A stretch of DNA of 37,038 nucleotides from a virus (IMGVR_UViG_3300027683_000009:1-37038), one strand, 5' to 3'; positions 8,232-18,178 are shown, numbered from the stretch's first letter. The notes: a model not told the origin generated them from the sequence alone. Numbers and translations: made by a program.

Positions 8232-10034
8232 TTAGGCAGTTGCTCCTGCAGCTGTTGCTGCAATTTCTGTAAATGAGGCGCCTGTTTTTGTTGCGATAAA
8301 GTTAAGTACAATAAATTCAGCGGCTCTTGTTGGTTTGATATAAATATCACACCATAATTCATTTCTATCAATTCTCTCTGGTGTATTGTTTGTTGAGTCA
8401 CATACAACCAAGAAGTCATAAATACCTCGTCTTGATTTAACATCCCTCAAGAAAGGTTCAATCATATTTATAAGTTGAAGCCTTGTAAATGAATCGTTTG
8501 GTTCAAATAAGAAATATTTAACCGCAGTTGAGATTGCTTTTTCAAGAATGATAAACAATCTTCTAACATTGACTCTGTTGAATGCGGATGATTTATCTAA
8601 ATATGTTTTTTGACCCCAAACAACTTTTCCTTGACCAGCGAATGATACAATTGGATTGATACCATTCTTATACATAATATCTCTTTTGCCTTGATTTGGA
8701 TTGAATGCAAGTTTTCTAATATTACCGATAATACCTCTATTCAAACCTGCAGGTGCAAACCAAGGATCGGTTACATCGTCTGTGTTTGCATAGATACCTG
8801 CTATGTGTCCTGATGCTGGAATCCATCTATATTTACCATTCCACTTATCATAAATTTCTAACCAGTTACCATACAATGCTGCGTAACTTGTATTTTCATT
8901 TAAGTTATATGTTGAATGTAAACCTAATCTAAAATCTCTCATATCTGTTGCTTCTTGACCACTGTTGTTTAATACAAGTGATGAAGGAACATCAAGAATT
9001 GCTATACAATCTTTTCTACTTTCGGCTATTGCCATAAGTGTTTGTTTTACTGTGATTGATTTATCTGAATCAATTAGAATATTAACATCAACTGTTTCAG
9101 CATCTTCATATATTTCAAATGCTTCAATAATTGCCGCATCTGTAACTTCTGTACTTGGTCTATTTTGACCACCGGACATGTTTTCATAATCTGTAAAAAT
9201 ATTTGACATATCAGTATTCTTTGCTACTGAGGCAAGTTTACATCTTATGAAATTTGATGTTTGATTTATAAAGTTTTCACAATAAATATTACCACCTTCA
9301 TCATCAAGTTTTCTTTCATTAGTTGAAACAAACATAGCTTCTCTAACAAAGAAAACTGGACTTGCTTTTGTTATTTGGTCTTGGTCTGCATTTTTTACTA
9401 TTACAATAAATTCTGTATCTGTTGATGAGTCAAATGAAACATCAACACTATCTATATCATCATATAACTCACTTGATATATTAAGTTGTGTATATGTATA
9501 TGCTTGGCTTCTTATTCTATTATATAGATTTTTACCAACTAATGCGACTTTTATATAATTACCCCATTTACCTCTTGATTTTGCAATGAAAGATATACTT
9601 GACCCATAATCTTCTCTGTTTTCATCAAATGGAACGGACTCAGTATGGTATTGGTCAGGATCTTTTGCTTCAAAATCATCAATCATATATGCACCACTGG
9701 GTGTTATATTGTAACCGTCAAGTTCGCCGGCAGATGCGAAAACACCATGACAACCAGCAAATGTTGCACTTACTGCATATGCGGCTGTAGCATATAATTT
9801 GTTACCATAATTTAGATAACCTACAGATGATAAAATATCTTTAAATGAACCTGAAGTTGGTTCACCAAAGATTGTTATCAACTCATCAACTGTTGTTATA
9901 AGTTGTTGCTTTAATTCAGGTCCTTTATATGGGTCCCTAATTACAGTAACGGCTATTGAAGTTGCAACAGCTGGAATTGTTGTTGTTAAATCTATTTCTT
10001 TAACATCAACTAACGGTGAAAGGTAAAGTGCCAT
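8232..10034 (-). CDS. Tail sheath protein, T4 gp18-like
   Basis: YLSPLVDVKEIDLT N-terminus; PWFAPAGLNRG, WGQKT...SAFNRVNVRRLF, FEPND.FTR, CDSTNNTP, IYIKPTR. Confidence 0.98.
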   Translation of the reverse strand: MALYLSPLVDVKEIDLTTTIPAVATSIAVTVIRDPYKGPELKQQLITTVDELITIFGEPTSGSFKDILSSVGYLNYGNKLYATAAYAVSATFAGCHGVFASAGELDGYNITPSGAYMIDDFEAKDPDQYHTESVPFDENREDYGSSISFIAKSRGKWGNYIKVALVGKNLYNRIRSQAYTYTQLNISSELYDDIDSVDVSFDSSTDTEFIVIVKNADQDQITKASPVFFVREAMFVSTNERKLDDEGGNIYCENFINQTSNFIRCKLASVAKNTDMSNIFTDYENMSGGQNRPSTEVTDAAIIEAFEIYEDAETVDVNILIDSDKSITVKQTLMAIAESRKDCIAILDVPSSLVLNNSGQEATDMRDFRLGLHSTYNLNENTSYAALYGNWLEIYDKWNGKYRWIPASGHIAGIYANTDDVTDPWFAPAGLNRGIIGNIRKLAFNPNQGKRDIMYKNGINPIVSFAGQGKVVWGQKTYLDKSSAFNRVNVRRLFIILEKAISTAVKYFLFEPNDSFTRLQLINMIEPFLRDVKSRRGIYDFLVVCDSTNNTPERIDRNELWCDIYIKPTRAAEFIVLNFIATKTGASFTEIAATAAGATA

Positions 10035-10078
10035 CTATTTCCTCCTAATTTCATAATACAATATCTATTTATCGTATA

Positions 10079-10086
10079 TATTTATT
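10079..10086 (-). promoter_or_regulatory. Putative T4-type late promoter (AATAAATA variant) upstream of the sheath gene
   Basis: One mismatch to TATAAATA; the same variant is upstream of gp13, gp22 and gp67; the AT-rich background limits certainty. Confidence 0.5.
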
Positions 10087-10091
10087 TATTT

Positions 10092-10592
10092 TTATTTTAT
10101 CTCAAAATAATCATATGAAAATGTTGCTGAACATTCTAATAGAGATTCACCATCCCTATTTGATAATGTTACGGCACCCAAATTCACGGGCCACATTCTA
10201 ACAAACCCAACTCTCATAATCTCATCATTAAAATTATTCAATATTTGTAGTGAACTATCAACACTAAAATTTCTCCATTTTTCTAAGGGTTTTTCTTTGA
10301 AATTGGTTATATAATTTAACCAATACCAAATAACTTTCCAGTTTTTAAATTCTGTATCTACGATAAATTCAACTGTAAATTCATCAAATGCCATTGGGCC
10401 CATAGCCATTTTGGATTTAGTATTATGCCAATTTAAATCTCCTGGTTCCAAACCAACACCAGGTAAAATAGTTCCGTGAATGTTTAATATCAATTCTTCC
10501 GATGCATTTATAGCAACTTGATTTGGTAACAATGGAAAAACCAATCTAAAGTTTGATGGTGTTGATTTATTTAACTGTACATTTAATGGCAT
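10092..10592 (-). CDS. Tail tube terminator/completion protein, T4 gp3-like
   Basis: N..SNF.L..P, LPG..L, F..F.V.FIVD..FKNW..I..W, P..L..., ATF.Y.YF pattern. Confidence 0.85.
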   Translation of the reverse strand: MPLNVQLNKSTPSNFRLVFPLLPNQVAINASEELILNIHGTILPGVGLEPGDLNWHNTKSKMAMGPMAFDEFTVEFIVDTEFKNWKVIWYWLNYITNFKEKPLEKWRNFSVDSSLQILNNFNDEIMRVGFVRMWPVNLGAVTLSNRDGESLLECSATFSYDYFEIK

Positions 10593-10604
10593 ATATATCT
10601 CTTT

Positions 10605-11138
10605 CTATTTATATTTATCTTCTGCTAATAAGGAAATTATTTTATCTTCTATATTTATATCTTCATGTACTTCATCATCTTTTACATATTCATCATTTGT
10701 GTTATTTGTGTTATCTGTGTATTCCATATTGGCAGTTTTTTGATGCATTTCTTCATCACCCCAACCATCAGTAAATGGACCTAAATCATTTTTTAACCAT
10801 CGTGATCTTTTTGGTATAGGTTTAGCCACTCCATTATGCATATGTTTAAATAACCTATCGGTTAAAAAGAAATTTTTTAGTGTATCACAATAGTTTTGCA
10901 TTGTTCCTTGACCATGTGCGGAATCAAATCCACCCCATTGCCAATCGCTATCATCAGGTTCCCAGTTGATATTAAATGTTGTTAATCTATTATAATAATC
11001 TTTCTTAACATATGGTCCACCAATAAGAATATTACCTATTGGATAATCATCATCACCAGCCATAGCATGTATACCGGTATTAGGATATCCATATGTTATT
11101 GTTGATTCATCTTTTTTTAAGTATTTTTTCCAATCCAT
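10605..11138 (-). CDS. Hypothetical protein (possible head-internal protein)
   Basis: 177 aa with RBS, in frame with the operon; N-terminus MDWKKYLKKDE; no family recognised. Confidence 0.7.
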   Translation of the reverse strand: MDWKKYLKKDESTITYGYPNTGIHAMAGDDDYPIGNILIGGPYVKKDYYNRLTTFNINWEPDDSDWQWGGFDSAHGQGTMQNYCDTLKNFFLTDRLFKHMHNGVAKPIPKRSRWLKNDLGPFTDGWGDEEMHQKTANMEYTDNTNNTNDEYVKDDEVHEDINIEDKIISLLAEDKYK

Positions 11139-11152
11139 TTTTATAATTCCTT

Positions 11153-13411
11153 TTAGCCGATAATTTCACCAGAAACAAGTTTAACATTAAATGTTAATGT
11201 AGTTGGCCCATCGTTTCGTATTACAAAGCATGATTGACTCCAATGCCAAGGAGTAATATTATATGTTGTTGTTCCTATATCTTCTAATGGACTACTCCAT
11301 TGTTCACTGTATGCTTGTAATCCTGTTTTTATATAACTGGCCCAATATATATCATCTGTTGAACTTGCATCTGTTGATTTTAATGTTGAACCTTCACCAT
11401 CCCATACTGAACCATTATTTAAATTATAGTAATATATAGCACCCCAAGCACCCGATCCTATTGACATAACAGATACATCTTCTTCAGTATTATAACCATC
11501 ATGTGTCAGGTTTTCTTCTGCCCATACCATAGCTTCTTGTGCGGTTTCAAAATTTTGTGTAATTAATTCTTCTTCATCTCCACCATCACCTTCTTCAATA
11601 ACAATAGATGCACTTGGTGTTATACTTATAACACTACAACTATCATGAGTATTTTCTAATATTGTATAGAAGGATGATGCACTTGTTGTTATTGTAGATG
11701 TTGCATTTTCTATAGTGTATGTTTCACCAACTAAATTTGCATCCCAGCTTTGATGTAAAGTAAAAACTAAGGTCAATTCTTCAGAAATAAATTCTATACT
11801 GTTAATTTGGTAATTATCAGTAGGCATTGAAAAATGAAGTCTTCTAATATAATATGTCCATTCCCATGCTGGATCATCACCATCTTTAGATGACCAATCT
11901 AAACTTATAATTTCATTATTTACTATTGGTCCAGTATATAATGTAAATAAACCTTGATCATATCCATCTGGGTCTCTGGGTGTATATATTAAAGTGCCGG
12001 TAAGTGTATTTGAACCTGCAGTACTGAAATTTATTCTCATACTATTAGGAAAGTAATTAGCCGACCATTCACCAAGATCGGGTGCTAAACTTGTTCTTAA
12101 CCATAAATTATAATTACCGCCACTTAAACCACCTATCCAATATGGATCCACCCAAGTTCCATAAGTTAGTCTACCCCAGTAAAGATTACTTGTTCTATTA
12201 AGAGCTACTGTAGATACATCATTTATTTCTTTATATAATTCCAAGGTAAATGGATTATCAGAAATTGCATTATATCTTAAATCATATGTTGCACTTGGTG
12301 AAAGATTTTCTGTTACTGCTAAATATTTACCACTCTCAATTTCAAAATCTTCTGTACTGATATTAAATTCCACGCTGATTTCTTCACTAAAGTTTTGTAT
12401 TGCTAATGTTTCACTATTATAACCCATACAGATAATATTAGTAATAATATCTGATAGTTCTGTTATTAAATCAGAATATCCTAAGTTAATACCTACACCT
12501 GTACCTATAGTTGTTTCAAATGTTTCTGATATTAAATCAGAATATCCTAAATTAACACTTCCATTAACACCTTCAGGTGTTTCATTTCGTGGTGGACCTG
12601 GCATGATTATTTTAGGAATTGGTGGTCCAACTCTTTCACCAAATTGGAATATTTCATATGTATAAATCTTTTCATCTTCTTCATTTAAATATGGACTTAT
12701 TCCAGTAAATACTTGTGATTCACCGGATGCTGCAGAAGAAAACATTGAAGTTGTATCTCTAAATGCTTCTGCCCATCCTTCTTCATTTGTATAGTAATTG
12801 ATAAAAATTTGTTTAATTAATCCATAATCTTCTACTGGTCTGAATAAGTATGTTTGAACTGTAAAGTCCATTGTATATTTTATTATTCTTCTTTCTTCTT
12901 CACCTAAATCTGTTGATATATCAGGACTTGCTCCGGCAAATACCACTTTTACATCAAAGAAGAAATCAACTTCAGGCATATAAATTCTTATAAAGATATG
13001 TGGTGCAAAATATGCTAATATTTGTTCAAGTATTTGATCAACATCCGCCATATATTTTGTCCAAAGGAATACAGTAAAACCAAGATTATATGGAACAGGA
13101 TTTAAAAATCGTTGCATAATACCAGCATCAATCTGGGAAGCTTTTGTCAGTATGTGATAATTACTACCCATTCTATCATTGGCAAATGATACAGAGTTCA
13201 TTGTTACGCTAATCATAGGTAACATTTCATCTTGATGATTTTCAAATATATAATAATACGCTCTTTCTTTTGGAGCAAACTTTATTGGAACATTTATATG
13301 GTTTGTAAAAACACCATTTTCATCATATCTTTTTATTTTTATATCGTTAAAAATATCAAGAAACTGAGTTATAGTTTTTCTTAATGCTTGATAATAATAA
13401 TAGGTTCTCAT
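11153..13411 (-). CDS. Tail sheath stabiliser/terminator gp15-like protein with ~500 aa C-terminal extension
   Basis: YYYQALRK...F.DI.IKR...VPIKFAPKE, LPMIS, PVPYNL.F, QILEQI..F.P, RRII.YT.DF are gp15 hallmarks in the first ~220 aa; the rest is acidic and beta-rich. Confidence 0.88.
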   Translation of the reverse strand: MRTYYYYQALRKTITQFLDIFNDIKIKRYDENGVFTNHINVPIKFAPKERAYYYIFENHQDEMLPMISVTMNSVSFANDRMGSNYHILTKASQIDAGIMQRFLNPVPYNLGFTVFLWTKYMADVDQILEQILAYFAPHIFIRIYMPEVDFFFDVKVVFAGASPDISTDLGEEERRIIKYTMDFTVQTYLFRPVEDYGLIKQIFINYYTNEEGWAEAFRDTTSMFSSAASGESQVFTGISPYLNEEDEKIYTYEIFQFGERVGPPIPKIIMPGPPRNETPEGVNGSVNLGYSDLISETFETTIGTGVGINLGYSDLITELSDIITNIICMGYNSETLAIQNFSEEISVEFNISTEDFEIESGKYLAVTENLSPSATYDLRYNAISDNPFTLELYKEINDVSTVALNRTSNLYWGRLTYGTWVDPYWIGGLSGGNYNLWLRTSLAPDLGEWSANYFPNSMRINFSTAGSNTLTGTLIYTPRDPDGYDQGLFTLYTGPIVNNEIISLDWSSKDGDDPAWEWTYYIRRLHFSMPTDNYQINSIEFISEELTLVFTLHQSWDANLVGETYTIENATSTITTSASSFYTILENTHDSCSVISITPSASIVIEEGDGGDEEELITQNFETAQEAMVWAEENLTHDGYNTEEDVSVMSIGSGAWGAIYYYNLNNGSVWDGEGSTLKSTDASSTDDIYWASYIKTGLQAYSEQWSSPLEDIGTTTYNITPWHWSQSCFVIRNDGPTTLTFNVKLVSGEIIG

Positions 13412-13427
13412 TCATCACCTTACTGAT

Positions 13428-13697
13428 TTATTTTTCTTTGTCATTTAATTCATAACTTATTGTGGTTGGTTTATCTGTAAATAATTTAACATTAAAAAGG
13501 AGAAATACTTTGTTTTTAAAACCAGGAACATAAACTGAATAGAATTTAAACTCATCTGGTTTTCTACCATGTTTTCTTGCTAATTCCTTTTGAGCCTTAC
13601 TTATCAACTCTTTTGGAACATCAGTTGTTTGTCCGTTTTTAAATTTTGTATTATCTTTTTCTTCTAAGATAATATTTAACTTATCTAATATATTCAT
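13428..13697 (-). CDS. Small hypothetical protein (possible head-internal protein)
   Basis: 89 aa; N-terminus MNILDKLNIILEE; 1-nt overlap with the upstream ferritin-like gene. Confidence 0.7.
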   Translation of the reverse strand: MNILDKLNIILEEKDNTKFKNGQTTDVPKELISKAQKELARKHGRKPDEFKFYSVYVPGFKNKVFLLFNVKLFTDKPTTISYELNDKEK

Positions 13698-14011
13698 TAT
13701 ATATCCTTCACCTCAGCTTCACCTTCTTCTTCGGCTTTTTCATAATCAGGATCAATTTGTTTCATAAGCTTTTTAAATTCACCTGCATGGACTTTTTCCT
13801 CTCTTGCAACATCTAACATAACCTTTTTAATGTTTTCATCTTTTGTAATATCTGCAAATTGTTCATATATATTTACAGCATCAAGTTCTGCTATAATTGC
13901 AAATCTAAGCATTTGTAGATTGGCAACTTTAGGTGATAAACCTTTAATTTTTTCCGGATTTATCTCAATAATTTCATTTATTTTTGGACTTAAAAATTGT
14001 GATAATCTCAT
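13697..14011 (-). CDS. Short ferritin-like (rubrerythrin/encapsulin-associated Flp type) protein
   Basis: LRFAIIAELDAVNIYEQ...VMLDVAREEKVHAGEF: E...ExxH di-iron ligands in a two-helix half-ferritin. Confidence 0.85.
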   Translation of the reverse strand: MRLSQFLSPKINEIIEINPEKIKGLSPKVANLQMLRFAIIAELDAVNIYEQFADITKDENIKKVMLDVAREEKVHAGEFKKLMKQIDPDYEKAEEEGEAEVKDI

Positions 14012-14014
14012 TTG

Positions 14015-14449
14015 TTATTCCTTCTCTACATTTTTTTCCATATCTTTTAATCTTGTATAATAATCAGGTATTTCTGTAAGATGATCCATGGCAATTTCTT
14101 TTGCTAATTTTTCATCATTTGTATGTTCCATTTCAATTTTAATACCTATTTTTAATTCTTTGGGATCAAAATCTTCAGGTTTCTTTTTATCGGCTAAACC
14201 ACCTTTTATTTTATCTTCCTTTAACATAGAACCAAGAATCATGTAAATATGTTCTTCAAATTCATGCTCATCTATATCTAATGATTTAGCGAATGAATGA
14301 ACTTGTCCATCCGATGGTTTAGGATTTTTTTTAAAAAAATCTTTTATTTTATTATGAATATTTTCCATATCCATTTCATTTAATTTTTTCTTTTTTAAAA
14401 CACTTCTTTCATAAACTTCATAAATTTTATCACGATCATAATTTGCCAT
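14015..14449 (-). CDS. DUF5661-like phage protein
   Basis: C-terminal IKGGLAD...ELKIGIKIEMEHT...AKEIAMDHL.EIPDYYTRL motif recognised from memory of this family. Confidence 0.7.
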   Translation of the reverse strand: MANYDRDKIYEVYERSVLKKKKLNEMDMENIHNKIKDFFKKNPKPSDGQVHSFAKSLDIDEHEFEEHIYMILGSMLKEDKIKGGLADKKKPEDFDPKELKIGIKIEMEHTNDEKLAKEIAMDHLTEIPDYYTRLKDMEKNVEKE

Positions 14450-14463
14450 AATCTTTTAATCCT

Positions 14464-15108
14464 TTAATAACCATAAATTTTGGTATCAACATCACTATAA
14501 TTATCAATCTCATTACTCTTTTCTTCTATAAATTCATTGTCACCAAAGGACTCAATACCTGAAGGACTTATAGATAGGGATAATGTAGGTTTAGAACTAA
14601 TATCTCTTGCACTTTCGGATTCCTCGGAGAATCTGAATGGTTTCATAATAAAAGAATATACATTCTTACTTACTTGAAATATACTTACTTCTTTTTTAAC
14701 TGTTACAATTTCATAAGTTCTTGTATTCCATAGAGTTTTTATAACATCACCTGTTTTTGGTTGAAATGTTTCTGATATATCTCTTATAAACATTTTAATT
14801 GGAATAAAGCCAAACATAACCATTTCTTCAGAATTTAAGCCGAAGGATGTTATCATTGATGGTTCATCTGTAACTTCATAAACCATACTTGATTTATAAG
14901 GTCCACTATATGCAATGTTTTGATATTTTGGTTCACCATATAAATCATCTTTATCAACATCGGCATAGTTGACAACATAATATTCAATTTCAACACCAGA
15001 AATATCAACAAACTCAACAATATATTCATCCCACAACTCATGTTCTGGGTTATCATTTATATCATATAATCTTAATTTAGGACGGACATATCTACTTGAA
15101 TTTGCCAT
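14464..15108 (-). CDS. Neck protein, T4 gp14-like
   Basis: E.VDI.G..I.Y...D.LYGE, FGL...E, P..GD.I, YEI..V, F...FS.E pattern. Confidence 0.82.
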   Translation of the reverse strand: MANSSRYVRPKLRLYDINDNPEHELWDEYIVEFVDISGVEIEYYVVNYADVDKDDLYGEPKYQNIAYSGPYKSSMVYEVTDEPSMITSFGLNSEEMVMFGFIPIKMFIRDISETFQPKTGDVIKTLWNTRTYEIVTVKKEVSIFQVSKNVYSFIMKPFRFSEESESARDISSKPTLSLSISPSGIESFGDNEFIEEKSNEIDNYSDVDTKIYGY

Positions 15109-15118
15109 TTATGTTTCC

Positions 15119-15460
15119 TTATTCTGCTGATCTAATCTCTCTAATGGTTTCATCTAAAATACTTATTACATCAAGATATTCTTTTTTAACTTTTGGATTT
15201 TGTACCTTAGTTTTTGTGTATATCTGGTCTCTTAATTTTAATAAATTATTTGTTTTTCGTGAATAATCTATTTTATCATCCGTTAATATATCCATTATAT
15301 CTATGGTGTATTTATAACAATCATCAGAAGCATCTTTCATATCTTTTCTTTCTTGCACTCTTTTCTTAATACTATTTTTTATTTTAGAAAGAAAGTTTTC
15401 ATTTATCTTCTCAATATCATCTTTTATTATTTTGTTATATATTTCTTGTATTTTATCCAT
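15119..15460 (-). CDS. Hypothetical helical protein
   Basis: 113 aa, translationally coupled to its neighbours. Confidence 0.65.
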   Translation of the reverse strand: MDKIQEIYNKIIKDDIEKINENFLSKIKNSIKKRVQERKDMKDASDDCYKYTIDIMDILTDDKIDYSRKTNNLLKLRDQIYTKTKVQNPKVKKEYLDVISILDETIREIRSAE

Positions 15461-15765
15461 TATTTTTCCATTAACTTTATTTGTTGTTTCATCATTATGG
15501 TCATTAGACCTTCTAACTCTTTTACTTTTTCTTCCAGTTTTGATATTTTTTCTAATGATGTTTGTTCAACTATATTACCGGATAAATTTTTCTTTCTTTC
15601 AATTCTTTCATCTATGTTTCTAAGAAATGATTCTTGCTCATCATCTTTTTTCGTTTGTATATTTACATTACCACCATTATCAAAAGGTGTCGGTTGTTTT
15701 ATTTGTGTCCTTATTTTGTTTTTAGGATTTTTTAACATATTTTCATAAATTGATTGTACTGTCAT
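15460..15765 (-). CDS. Hypothetical coiled-coil protein
   Basis: 101 aa, GAGG RBS, C-terminal heptads (LEKISKLEEKVKELEGLM). Confidence 0.65.
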   Translation of the reverse strand: MTVQSIYENMLKNPKNKIRTQIKQPTPFDNGGNVNIQTKKDDEQESFLRNIDERIERKKNLSGNIVEQTSLEKISKLEEKVKELEGLMTIMMKQQIKLMEK

Positions 15766-15792
15766 TTTTTACCTCTTTGAATTTATTAATTT

Positions 15793-16221
15793 TTATTCTT
15801 CAATAAGTTCCACTCTTACTCTAAGAATACCATCAACATTATGATGAACAGTAAATGTGCCATTATAAGGACTTCTATCTACTGAAAAATCATATAAACA
15901 AATCAATGGTTTACCTGTTGCTGTATCATCGTATATTACACCATATCTAACAGTGAAAGTTGCATTTGACCATGCAGGATTTGTAGCTGTCAATGTTGCG
16001 ATACCATCTAATTCTGTCCAAAGTACATCTGTTAGTAATTGACCGCCTGCGGTATATCCACTACCAGTTGTTAATTCACCTGTTAGGTCAGAATAAAATT
16101 CATCTGATGATAACGGATTATATGAATCTGTTAATAATACCATATATAAATCATCATTATCAAAATCTATTTCTTTATTACCTAATTTTTGTCCAAGTTT
16201 GTCATAAAGGAAATCTGCCAT
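15793..16221 (-). CDS. Virion appendage/minor tail protein (paralog C of a ~140 aa domain)
   Basis: KEIDFDND.L..LLT..Y.P...E...G.GYTAGG..L...W..ATFT.RY.VIYD.TA.GKPLICLYDF, near-identical in motif to 19612..20037 and the N-terminus of 16251..17549. Confidence 0.75.
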   Translation of the reverse strand: MADFLYDKLGQKLGNKEIDFDNDDLYMVLLTDSYNPLSSDEFYSDLTGELTTGSGYTAGGQLLTDVLWTELDGIATLTATNPAWSNATFTVRYGVIYDDTATGKPLICLYDFSVDRSPYNGTFTVHHNVDGILRVRVELIEE

Positions 16222-16250
16222 TATTTTTTACTCCATCACATTAATTTTTA

Positions 16251-17549
16251 TTAAGTTTGTACAAATATTTCCCATTCTGCATATATACTTATATTAGAAC
16301 AGGATTCATTTGTGTTTTCTATAATTGTATAAATTGCATTCACATCGGTTCCAGGTGTATATTCTTCACCTTCTATACTCCAAACACCACCATCTTCTAC
16401 TGCTTCCCAACTAATATCTAATGTTTCACCTTCAACAACATCAAAAAATTCTATTGCACTAACTCTAAATTGTAGTGCATCTGCAATCATTGAGATTTCA
16501 TCTATATCATAAGTGCCCCAAGTTAATTCTAAAATCATTCCACTTTCATAATAACTTTCTGAGCAAATATAATCACCATTTTTGTCTCTTAAAATCATTG
16601 CAAAATTTGGTGCACCTGTAAATGTTATACGCATATGCGTTGGCCTATAATCTGTTATCCAATCAGAACCTAATTTATCTTCTTCTCTTAACCACAACTC
16701 ATATGCGCCATCTGTAGTACTTAACCAATAACTACCACTTGGAATCCATTCACCTACGAAGTTATCAGGTATAATCTCCCATGCACCCCAGTAATCAGTA
16801 TTTGTAGTATCAAGTATATTATCAGGAATATCACCAACTTTATAGCAATGTATAGTAAAAGGACCATCTTCGGAAGAAGCTGTATAATAAGTATCTATAT
16901 AATCTAATTCACTTATTTCGGTAAGGTCAGTATAATTCACTGCTAAGAATTTATTAGCCTCAACATCATAAAGACTTGGTTCTCCTCCTTCACCACCAAA
17001 TTCACTATATGAAAAACTTATTTCAACATTAATACTACCCATTGCTGTTGCTGCATCATTAGAACCTAAACATACAGGTTCTTCGGGTGGTGGTTCTTCA
17101 GGTGGTGCTTCAGGTATAACAACATCCTTACCCATTTGTAATATTATATCATTATTAAAATTTAACAGTAATGTGCCATTTACTGGACTTTTGTTTTCTA
17201 AGAAATCATATAGGCAAATCAATGGTTTGCCTGAAGCTGTATTGTCATATATAACAGCATATCTAACTGTAAATGTGGCGAATGACCATGATGGACTTGT
17301 TCCTATAGTTAATCGTGTTACACCTGATGAACTGGGGACTTCTGTCCAACTAATATCTGTAAGTGTGGCACCACCAAGTGTATAACCAAAACCTGTGTTT
17401 ATTTCATTTGTTAAATCTGTATAATAAATATGGGATTGTGAAGGCATATATGCTGCTGTCAATAAACAAATTTTTAGAGTATCGTTATCTAAATCAATTT
17501 CTTTATTACCTAATTTTGCAGAAACACTATTATAAATAAAATTTGACAT
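16251..17549 (-). CDS. Virion appendage protein: paralog B domain, Pro-rich linker, acidic C-terminal domain
   Basis: N-terminal ~140 aa as above; PEAPPEEPPPEEP linker; C-terminal domain similar to the gp15 extension. Confidence 0.75.
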   Translation of the reverse strand: MSNFIYNSVSAKLGNKEIDLDNDTLKICLLTAAYMPSQSHIYYTDLTNEINTGFGYTLGGATLTDISWTEVPSSSGVTRLTIGTSPSWSFATFTVRYAVIYDNTASGKPLICLYDFLENKSPVNGTLLLNFNNDIILQMGKDVVIPEAPPEEPPPEEPVCLGSNDAATAMGSINVEISFSYSEFGGEGGEPSLYDVEANKFLAVNYTDLTEISELDYIDTYYTASSEDGPFTIHCYKVGDIPDNILDTTNTDYWGAWEIIPDNFVGEWIPSGSYWLSTTDGAYELWLREEDKLGSDWITDYRPTHMRITFTGAPNFAMILRDKNGDYICSESYYESGMILELTWGTYDIDEISMIADALQFRVSAIEFFDVVEGETLDISWEAVEDGGVWSIEGEEYTPGTDVNAIYTIIENTNESCSNISIYAEWEIFVQT

Positions 17550-17569
17550 TTTTTATTACCATCCCATTT

Positions 17570-18178
17570 TTATCTTTTTGTATTTGTTAAACCTTTCACA
17601 AAAACTGTATTGCTTTTTGTATTTGTTAAACCTTTCACAAAAACTGTATTGCTTTTTGTATTTGTTAAACCTTTAGTAAAAGTTATACCTCTTGTATTTG
17701 TTAGACCTTCAACTAAAGGAAATTTTAATTTTTCTATTGCTTCTACTATTATATCAAGTTGTGATATAATAAGTTCAGGTGTTAATAATAGTTGACTCTC
17801 ATCTCGTTTTAAATCAAGTATTTCAATTATTAACTCAATTGTATCTAATGGAACACCATCACCAATTGAAAATCCCTCATAATTATTTAAATTGATTATA
17901 ACTTCTTGTGTATCTAAATAGACTTTTTCTTGTAATGATAATTGGTCTATTATAAGGTTATGTTCTTCTAAAAATATATTACTACTAATTCTTAAATCAA
18001 TTAAATCAGGTTGTTCAATTATAAAATCAGGTTGATTTTCTAAATATATGTTTGTTGTAATACCTAATTCAATATCAAATAAATAAATTTTGAATTTTTG
18101 TTCTGCTAAATATGTAGCAACATTAATAGTATTTGTAATAGGTTCTATTATTGTTTTTGTTGTATAATAATGTGTCAT
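17570..18178 (-). CDS. Hypothetical virion protein with C-terminal 13-aa repeats
   Basis: 202 aa, I/L/E-rich; ends in GLTNT repeated 4 times at 13-aa spacing. Confidence 0.7.
   Translation of the reverse strand: MTHYYTTKTIIEPITNTINVATYLAEQKFKIYLFDIELGITTNIYLENQPDFIIEQPDLIDLRISSNIFLEEHNLIIDQLSLQEKVYLDTQEVIINLNNYEGFSIGDGVPLDTIELIIEILDLKRDESQLLLTPELIISQLDIIVEAIEKLKFPLVEGLTNTRGITFTKGLTNTKSNTVFVKGLTNTKSNTVFVKGLTNTKR
17575..17712. repeat. 39-bp in-frame tandem repeat (~3.5 copies)
   Basis: ttgtatttgttaaacctttcacaaaaactgtattgcttt repeated exactly twice, plus degenerate copies. Confidence 0.9.

Noticed and set aside
8093-8443. 116-aa minus-strand ORF bridging sheath and tube
   Set aside because: Alternative frame overlapping two conserved genes; no recognisable features or slippery site.
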